Below are positions 54,990 to 64,000 of a DNA stretch of 64,000 nucleotides, piece after piece. Position 1 is the first letter of the stretch. Each line of letters starts with the position of its first letter. The translations under genes and the position numbers were made by a program. The notes beneath the pieces were generated by a model that saw nothing but the letters and a program-made list of their open reading frames with translations, searched no databases and was not told the DNA's origin. Source of the stretch: Propionibacteriaceae bacterium (GTDB lineage Bacteria > Actinomycetota > Actinomycetes > Propionibacteriales > Propionibacteriaceae); NCBI GenBank assembly GCA_032229785.1, contig JAVTWJ010000059.1:55713-119712 (forward strand), given 5' to 3'.

Positions 54990-55997
54990 TCATAGCCCGG
55001 CCGCGTCGAAGGCGGACGCCGCCCGCTCGCGACCGATGGCAATGAGCTCGGCGGCGCGATGGAAGTCGAAGACGGACGCCGTGTCCTGCGCGAACTCGAC
55101 GAACACGTCGGGCGGGCTCGCCGCCATCCGGAACCGCGTGATGAGCGACTCGGTCACCTCGAGCGAGAGCGAGACCACGTCGGTGGTGCGCAGGCCGCGA
55201 GGCAACTCGTCGAAGTCGAAGTCGCGGGGCGCGATCTCCGCGATCTTGACGCCTGCGGACTCAGGGGTGGCATCGACCCGCTCGTCGGCGTCCGCATCCG
55301 CCTCACGGTGGAACCGCTCCCACCACCACGCCCTCACGCCGCGCACCGTGTCGGACTCGAGCAGCCCGCGCCGCAGCCGCTCGGTCAGCTCCCCGAGCAT
55401 GTTCTCCGTCTCGTCGGACGCCGTGAGCGGGCGGGCGCTGACCGGGTCGCCGGCGCGGCGTCCGGACAACGACACGGCCACCGTCAGATCGACGTCCGAG
55501 CCGAGCAGCGCGTCCACCGGCACCGGATTGAGCAGGCCGCCGTCGGCGAGGAGGCGTCCGGACACGACCACGGGGGTGAAGATCGACGGGATCCCGATCG
55601 AGGCGCGCATCGCGGTGGCGAGGGAGCCGCGCTGGAACCAGACCTCGCGCCCGTGCGTGAGGTCGGTGGCGACCGCGGTGAAGGGGATCGGCAATTCCTC
55701 GATGCGGACGCCGTCGAGGAGGTCGGCGACCCGTTCCATCACCTTCTGGCCCCACAGCGCGCCGGGGCCGGTGAAGGCCGGGTCGAGCAGGCGCAGCACG
55801 TCGCGCGGCGCGAGCGTGGTCACCCAGTCGGTGTAGGCGCCCAGCTTGCCGCCCGCCTCGAGCCCGCCGATCACCGCGCCCATGGAGGACCCGGAGATCG
55901 CGACGATGTCGTGGCCCCGCTCGCGCAACTCGTCGATCACGCCGATGTGGGCGTAACCGCGTGCGCCCCCGGAACCCAGTGCCAGAGCGATCCGCAT
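54990..55997 (-). CDS. Patatin-like phospholipase family protein
   Basis: ORF track 335 aa. GSGGARG oxyanion motif, GSSMGA (GxSxG), catalytic DGG (LLADGGLLNPVP). Confidence 0.88.
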   Translation of the reverse strand: MRIALALGSGGARGYAHIGVIDELRERGHDIVAISGSSMGAVIGGLEAGGKLGAYTDWVTTLAPRDVLRLLDPAFTGPGALWGQKVMERVADLLDGVRIEELPIPFTAVATDLTHGREVWFQRGSLATAMRASIGIPSIFTPVVVSGRLLADGGLLNPVPVDALLGSDVDLTVAVSLSGRRAGDPVSARPLTASDETENMLGELTERLRRGLLESDTVRGVRAWWWERFHREADADADERVDATPESAGVKIAEIAPRDFDFDELPRGLRTTDVVSLSLEVTESLITRFRMAASPPDVFVEFAQDTASVFDFHRAAELIAIGRERAASAFDAAGL

Positions 55998-56003
55998 GCC
56001 GCC

Positions 56004-56009
56004 AGCGTA
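56004..56009 (-). promoter_or_regulatory. Putative -10 box TACGCT, 6 nt before ATG 55997 (leaderless)
   Basis: Minus strand reads TACGCTggcggcATG. Confidence 0.35.
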
Positions 56010-56068
56010 GTCGGAGGCGTCCGTACTATGGTGGGGGCATTGTGACCAACCGTCGGAAGTAGGGCTGA

Positions 56069-59256
<3,188 letters not shown>

Positions 59257-59266
59257 ACGCCCCTCG

Positions 59267-60124
59267 ATGACCGGTGATCTCGTCGCGCCCGGACACGGGC
59301 GCGGGTTGCGTGACGTGCTGCTCGACCGCTACCTGCTCCAGTTGATCGCCCGCAAGGAGATCCAGGTGCGGTACCGGGGCTCGGTGCTCGGCATCCTGTG
59401 GAGCTACATCAAGCCTGTGGTGCAGTTCGCGGTGTTCTACGTGGCCATGGGCGTGTTCCTGGGCCTCAACAAGGGTGTCGACAACTACGCGGTGTACCTG
59501 TTCTCGGGCATCGTCGTCATGAACTTCTTCAACGAGGCGTTCGGCAACGCCGCGCGGTCGATCGTGGGCAACGGCCACCTGATCAAGAAGATCTATCTGC
59601 CACGTGAGCTGTTCCCGGTGTCCTCATTGTGGGTGGCCGTGGTGCACTTCGCGCCGCAGGCCCTCGTCCTGCTGTTGGCGGCCGTGCTCACCGGCTGGTG
59701 GCCGGGCCTGCTGCAGTTGGCGGCGATCGGCGGCGGCTTCGTGATCGTGGCGCTGTTCGCACTCGGCCTGGGCCTGCTGTTCACGACGGCGAACGTGTTC
59801 TTCCGCGATGCCGAGAACATCGTCGACCTCATCGCCATGGTGGTCACCTGGGCCTCGCCCGTGCTGTACATGTGGACGATGGTCGAGCAGGCACTGCCGG
59901 GCTGGTTGTTCAAGGTGTACATGCTCAACCCGTTGACCGTGGCCGTCGAGCTGTTCCACTACGGTTTCTGGCTTCCCACCGCGCCTCGTCACGGTGCCTA
60001 TCACGTCATTCCCGGGCTGTTCAGCGTCTGGACGCCGATCGCCCTCGCCGTATCGATCGCGCTGTTGTGGGTCGGGGACCTCGTGTTCCGGCGTCACGAG
60101 GGCCAGTTCGCCCAGGAGCTGTGA
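59267..60124 (+). CDS. ABC-2 type polysaccharide/glycolipid exporter permease (Wzm/RfbD-like)
   Basis: ORF track 285 aa. Six TM segments. Conserved N-terminal region LIARKEIQVRYRGSVLGILWSYIKP. Confidence 0.85.
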   Translation: MTGDLVAPGHGRGLRDVLLDRYLLQLIARKEIQVRYRGSVLGILWSYIKPVVQFAVFYVAMGVFLGLNKGVDNYAVYLFSGIVVMNFFNEAFGNAARSIVGNGHLIKKIYLPRELFPVSSLWVAVVHFAPQALVLLLAAVLTGWWPGLLQLAAIGGGFVIVALFALGLGLLFTTANVFFRDAENIVDLIAMVVTWASPVLYMWTMVEQALPGWLFKVYMLNPLTVAVELFHYGFWLPTAPRHGAYHVIPGLFSVWTPIALAVSIALLWVGDLVFRRHEGQFAQEL

Positions 60125-60855
60125 TGAGCGAGGTCATGGTCCGGCTGGACGGCGTCACCAAGCGCTTCGTGCTGCGCCACACGCGGTCGATGAAAGAGGC
60201 GCTGGTCTGGCTGCTGAGCGGACGCAAGGGCGACCTGTCCGCGACGTTCAACGCCCTCGACGGCGTGGACATCGAGATAGGCGAGGGCGAGACGGTCGCG
60301 CTGCTCGGTTTCAACGGCTCGGGCAAGTCGACCACGCTGAAGCTGATGTCGGGGGTGATGCGTCCCGACACGGGCACGGTGGGCGTCCGTGGCAAGGTCG
60401 CGGGCCTGATCGAGGTCGGCGCGGGGTTCCACCAGGATCTGCCCGGACGCGACAATGTGTACCTCAACGGCGCGATCCTGGGCATGACGAAAGAAGAGAT
60501 CGACGCCCGATTCGACGACATCATCGCCTTCTCCGAGATCGGCGAGTTCATCGACACCGAGGTCAAGTTCTACTCGTCGGGCATGTACCTGAGGCTGGCG
60601 TTCGCGGTGGCCGTGCACACCGACCCCGACGTGTTCCTCGTCGACGAGATCCTCGCGGTCGGCGACGAGCCGTTCCAGCGCAAGTGCATCGCCCGCATCA
60701 AGGAACTCGTCGCGCAGGGCAAGACGCTGGTGGTCGTCTCCCACGACCTCGGCCTGGTGTCGGACATCTGCGAGCGGGGCATCGTCATGGAGAAGGGCCG
60801 TAAGGTCTTCGACGGGCCCTGTGTGGACGCGGTCGCCTACTTGCGCGCCCGCTGA
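60124..60855 (+). CDS. ABC transporter ATP-binding protein (Wzt/RfbE-like)
   Basis: ATG 60124 in ORF 59629..60855 (TGATG overlap). Walker A GFNGSGKSTT, signature YSSGMYLRLAFA, Walker B VFLVDEILAVGD. Confidence 0.9.
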   Translation: MSEVMVRLDGVTKRFVLRHTRSMKEALVWLLSGRKGDLSATFNALDGVDIEIGEGETVALLGFNGSGKSTTLKLMSGVMRPDTGTVGVRGKVAGLIEVGAGFHQDLPGRDNVYLNGAILGMTKEEIDARFDDIIAFSEIGEFIDTEVKFYSSGMYLRLAFAVAVHTDPDVFLVDEILAVGDEPFQRKCIARIKELVAQGKTLVVVSHDLGLVSDICERGIVMEKGRKVFDGPCVDAVAYLRAR

Positions 60856-61697
60856 GGAGCGGGCCGGCGGGCGACCATGCCGTAGATCGGCTGTCGCAGC
60901 GAGGTGGGCAACAGCCGCCAGAGGCCGCGCACGGCCAGGTTGCGCGCGTGCTGGCGGCGGGTGGTGAAGCCGATCCGGCGCATCCAGCGCTGGAGCCGCA
61001 GCTCGGAGCGCAGCAGCGTCCACCCGCCGCGACGCTCGTAGGCGCCGGCGCCGATCCGGTAGAGCACGAGGGGCTCAGCGATGTTCGCGACCCTCGCGCC
61101 GGCGTTGAGCATCCGGACGAACAGCCAGTAGTCCTCCATCTTGTCGAGATCCTGGTAGCCGCCCGCGGCGTCGATCGCGTCGTGGCGATACATGACGGCG
61201 GGGTGGTTGAACGGATCCCTGAACCGCGCGAGCGCGCTGATGTCGTCGTGGTCGGTGGGGTAGGCGCGCACCAACTCGGGCCTGTCTTCCGAGTCGCCGA
61301 ACTCGGCGATCGCGCTGGAGACGAGGTCGAATCCGCCGCCGGCGACCAGCGGCAGCTGGCGCTCGAAGCGGTGCGGGAGCGAGATGTCGTCGGCGTCCGC
61401 GCGGGCGATCACCGGATATGCGCACGCCTCGAGGCCGCGGTTCAGCGCCTGCGCCAGGCCGAGGTTCTCGGCCAGCGCGACGATGGTGACGGGCACCCGC
61501 CCGGTGATCTGGCCCGCGCCGGCGGCGTCCAGCACCTCGCGGATGTCCGCGCCGACCGGACCGTCCACGACGATGACCAGTTCGTCGGGACCAAGCGTCT
61601 GGTCGGCGCTCACCGACGTGATGGCGCGGCGGAAGAACGCCGCGGTGTCGCCCGCGTAGACGGGCAGCAGGACGCTGAACGCGGCGGGCTCAGCCAC
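60837..61697 (-). CDS. Glycosyltransferase family 2 protein
   Basis: GTG 61697 in ORF 60837..61826 (overlaps the upstream stop by 8 nt). FSVLLPVYAGDTAAFFRRAITSV...ELVIVVDGP...ARADADDISLPHRF. 3' end overlaps the ABC ATPase gene by 19 nt. Confidence 0.8.
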   Translation of the reverse strand: MAEPAAFSVLLPVYAGDTAAFFRRAITSVSADQTLGPDELVIVVDGPVGADIREVLDAAGAGQITGRVPVTIVALAENLGLAQALNRGLEACAYPVIARADADDISLPHRFERQLPLVAGGGFDLVSSAIAEFGDSEDRPELVRAYPTDHDDISALARFRDPFNHPAVMYRHDAIDAAGGYQDLDKMEDYWLFVRMLNAGARVANIAEPLVLYRIGAGAYERRGGWTLLRSELRLQRWMRRIGFTTRRQHARNLAVRGLWRLLPTSLRQPIYGMVARRPAPQRARK

Positions 61698-62637
61698 GGC
61701 CGGCCCCCGTCTCGATGGCGCGCACGTCGTCGGCCACGGGCGTGCCGGACAGGACGTCGACGGTGGGCCGCGGCGCCCGGCGCGCCTCGGCCAGCCCCCG
61801 CCTGGCGTAGCCGGCGAGCGTCGCACGGTCGGCGGAGCGCAACAGCATGCGGGCCCAGCGGCGCACGGTGGACGCCCCGTACAGGGCGCGGTCGAGCGGC
61901 CCGAGCGCGCCCGACCGGCTGAACAGCCAGACCTTGTTGCGCACCTCGTTGACGAACCGCGCCCCAGGATCGGCGTCGGAGGAGCCGAACACCTTGGTCA
62001 GGTGATAGACGCGGCTCGCGGGCACGTACAGGCCGATGCCGTCGCGCAGCAGCCGTGCGGTGTACTCGAAGTCGTCGTTCCACAGGAAGTAATCGGCGAC
62101 CGGCAGGCCGTGGCGGCGCACGGCGTCGGCGTCCACCAGGATCGACACGAAGGACGCCGAACGGATCGGATAGGCGCCGGCCAGCGCCGCCTTCGCTCGG
62201 GCCTGCTGCGAGGCGCCCGGGCGCGGGCGCGGCGTGTTCATCGGGTGCTCGCGTCCGTCGTGCCAGTCGGCGCGCGAGGCGGAGACCGTCACGTGGCCGG
62301 GGTAGCGCGCCCGCGCGGACAGCAGTTCGGCCAGTGCGGTGGGTGTGGCCACGGTGTCGTCGTCCATGATCCAGACCAGATCGGCGGCGTGCGTCGCCAC
62401 CGCCCGCGCGATACCGGCGGCGAAGCCGCCTGCGCCGCCGGTGTTGTGCGGCAGGGTGAGCGCCTCGGTGACCGCCGGGTGCGCCGCGGCGAGCGCGGCG
62501 GTGTCATCGGTGGAGGCATTGTCGATGACCACGACCGCGTCGAGGGGGCGCGTCTGCGCAGCGAGCCCGTTCAGGTTCTGCTCGAGGAGGTCGCGACGAT
62601 TCCAGGCGACCACCACGGCTACCACCCGATCTCGCAT
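61690..62637 (-). CDS. Glycosyltransferase family 2, GlfT1-like
   Basis: ATG 62637 in ORF 61690..63939 (315 aa), with GGGAGGGG SD upstream. VVAVVVAWNRRDLLEQNLNGLAAQTRPLDAVVVIDNASTDDT...HNTGGAGGFAAGIARAV...IMDDD. Resembles the Rv3782 pattern as I remember it. Confidence 0.65.
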   Translation of the reverse strand: MRDRVVAVVVAWNRRDLLEQNLNGLAAQTRPLDAVVVIDNASTDDTAALAAAHPAVTEALTLPHNTGGAGGFAAGIARAVATHAADLVWIMDDDTVATPTALAELLSARARYPGHVTVSASRADWHDGREHPMNTPRPRPGASQQARAKAALAGAYPIRSASFVSILVDADAVRRHGLPVADYFLWNDDFEYTARLLRDGIGLYVPASRVYHLTKVFGSSDADPGARFVNEVRNKVWLFSRSGALGPLDRALYGASTVRRWARMLLRSADRATLAGYARRGLAEARRAPRPTVDVLSGTPVADDVRAIETGAGRG

Positions 62638-62703
62638 GAACGCATCACCCCTCCCACGAAACCCTAGCCGAGAGCACCCGGCGGGCGGCGTCCGCCACCC
62701 CGA

Positions 62704-62709
62704 TACGCT
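62704..62709 (+). promoter_or_regulatory. Putative -10 box TACGCT, 6 nt before GTG 62716 (leaderless)
   Basis: TACGCTgaatgcGTG. Confidence 0.35.
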
Positions 62710-62715
62710 GAATGC

Positions 62716-64000
62716 GTGAGCCCCACCGTGTCCAACATCCTGCTCGTCCTGCTGTTCATCATCGTCGGCGGCGTCTTCGCCGCAGCGGAGATGGCGCTGG
62801 TCTCGCTGCGCGACAGCCAGGTCAAAGCGCTCAGCACCCGCGGCAAGCGCGGCCAGACGGTGGCCCGTCTCGCCGAGAACCCGAACCTCTTCCTGTCGGC
62901 CGTCCAGATCGGCGTCACGCTCGCCGGCTTCCTGTCGGCGTCCTTCGGTGCGGCGACGGTGGCGCCCGAGCTCGCGCCGGTACTGCAGGGCTGGGGTGTC
63001 CCCAGTGGCCTCGCCGACGGCCTCGCGCTCGTGCTGATCACCATCGCCATCTCGTACTTCTCGATCGTGCTGGGCGAGCTGACCGCCAAGCGGCTGGCCA
63101 TGCAGCGCGCCGAGAGCTTTGCGCTCACGCTCGGCCCCTTGGTGAACTCGATCGCGATCCTCACCCGACCGATCATCTGGTTCCTGGGCGTCTCGACCGA
63201 CCTGGTCGTGCGCCTGCTCGGCGGCGATCCCAGGGCGGGACGCGAAGAGGTCACCGACGAGGAACTGCGCGCCATGGTGTCGAGCTCGGCGACGCTCGGC
63301 GACGAGGAGCGGCAGATCGTGGACGAGGTGTTCGCCGCAGGCCAGGTCACCTTGCGCGAGGCGATGATCCCGCGCACCGAGGTCGACTTTCTCGACGGTG
63401 ACATTCCGGCCCACAAGGCGATCCGCCAGGTGGCGGGCGGTTCGCACTCGCGCTACCCGGTCGTCGGACGCGACGTCGACGACGTGCTCGGCTTCCTGCA
63501 CGTGCGCGACCTGTTCGACCTCGACCCGGCGGCGCGGCAGGCGCCGATCAGCCAGCTGGTCCGCCCGGTCGCCTCGCTGCCCGACAGCCTGCGCATCCTG
63601 CGTGCGCTCTCGGCGATGCAGGCGACCAACGACCACATGATCATCGTCCGCGACGAGTACGGCGGCACCGCCGGCATCGTCACGATCGAGGATCTCGTCG
63701 AGGAGCTCATCGGTGACATCACCGACGAGTTCGACCTCGACCGGGATGGTGCGGCCGCGGCCGACAGCGACGAACTCGACGGGCTCACCACGCTTGAGCA
63801 GTTCGCGGAGCGATGGGGCTACGTGCTGCCGGAGGGGCCTTACGACACGGTGGCGGGCTATCTGATGGCCGAACTCGGACGGCTTCCCGCGGTCGGGGAC
63901 CTGGTCACGGTGACACTCGCGCCCACCCGCGGTGAACACGAGCCCCAGGAATTCTCGTTCACCGTGACCGAACTGGACGGACGACGTGTCGCTCGCGTCC
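62716..64000 (+). CDS. CNNM/HlyC-CorC family transporter (DUF21 membrane domain, CBS pair, CorC_HlyC), 3' end beyond the window
   Basis: Own translation from GTG 62716: VSPTVSNILLVLLFIIVGGVFAAAEMALVSLRDSQV...GEEVTDEELRAMV...REAMIPRTEVDFLD...IVRDEYGGTAGIVTIEDLVEELIGDITDEFD. Absent from the ORF track because there is no stop before the window end. Confidence 0.85.
   Translation, partial: MSPTVSNILLVLLFIIVGGVFAAAEMALVSLRDSQVKALSTRGKRGQTVARLAENPNLFLSAVQIGVTLAGFLSASFGAATVAPELAPVLQGWGVPSGLADGLALVLITIAISYFSIVLGELTAKRLAMQRAESFALTLGPLVNSIAILTRPIIWFLGVSTDLVVRLLGGDPRAGREEVTDEELRAMVSSSATLGDEERQIVDEVFAAGQVTLREAMIPRTEVDFLDGDIPAHKAIRQVAGGSHSRYPVVGRDVDDVLGFLHVRDLFDLDPAARQAPISQLVRPVASLPDSLRILRALSAMQATNDHMIIVRDEYGGTAGIVTIEDLVEELIGDITDEFDLDRDGAAAADSDELDGLTTLEQFAERWGYVLPEGPYDTVAGYLMAELGRLPAVGDLVTVTLAPTRGEHEPQEFSFTVTELDGRRVARV

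Noticed and set aside
61690-63939. 749-aa minus-strand ORF
   Set aside because: Only the C-terminal 315 aa (the GlfT1-like GT2) is real. The N-terminal part is antisense to the plus-strand CNNM/CorC gene, which has clear CBS and CorC motifs.

Overview
The window is a very GC-rich, gene-dense actinobacterial chromosome segment. Third codon positions are almost all G/C. I found no rRNA, CRISPR array, IS element, integrase or prophage. All family assignments come from motifs I recognised in the translations; no database search was run.

Most genes are housekeeping, in an order I recall from mycobacterial genomes (Rv numbers are from memory):
- GH35 beta-galactosidase with a LacI regulator; a MarR plus a large FAD/Fe-S oxidase; fadD, a thioesterase and an aroE-like gene.
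- pyrR-pyrB-pyrC; a second LacI with gnd; NIF3 and pepN.
- An Rv2466c-like thiol reductase, rpiB and nei; tRNA-Pro and tRNA-Gly; tig-clpP1-clpP2-clpX.
- valS; a DoxX/DsbA-like pair; folC, a DUF4233-like gene and ndk; a CPBP protease; a six-gene Mrp antiporter operon; ppk2.
- mdh; a DUF485-like gene with actP; purU; a patatin-like lipase.
- A compact galactan-type cluster (glf, glfT2-like, ABC-2 exporter, two GT2 genes); a partial CNNM/CorC transporter.

I see no recognisable defence or mobile system. The parts not explained by housekeeping content are:
1. A two-gene operon for small secreted proteins, one a Pro-Trp repeat peptide. It sits beside a module of a 131-aa protein, an intramembrane-sensing kinase and a NarL-type regulator, plus a third secreted Pro/Cys-rich protein (46.3-49.8 kb).
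2. A 678-bp segment carrying a single VOC/glyoxalase-family gene, bracketed by inverted copies of a ~48-bp palindromic element and abutting tRNA-Pro (26.5-27.2 kb).
3. Four genes sitting between rpiB and nei, where from memory M. tuberculosis has none: a polytopic membrane protein and three translationally coupled, paralogous membrane-anchored beta-sandwich-like proteins.
4. A 483-aa unknown protein coupled to nei by a GTGA overlap.

Two patterns recur across the window. Many start codons have a TANNNT box 6-9 nt upstream, suggesting leaderless transcripts. Five convergent gene pairs overlap at their 3' ends.
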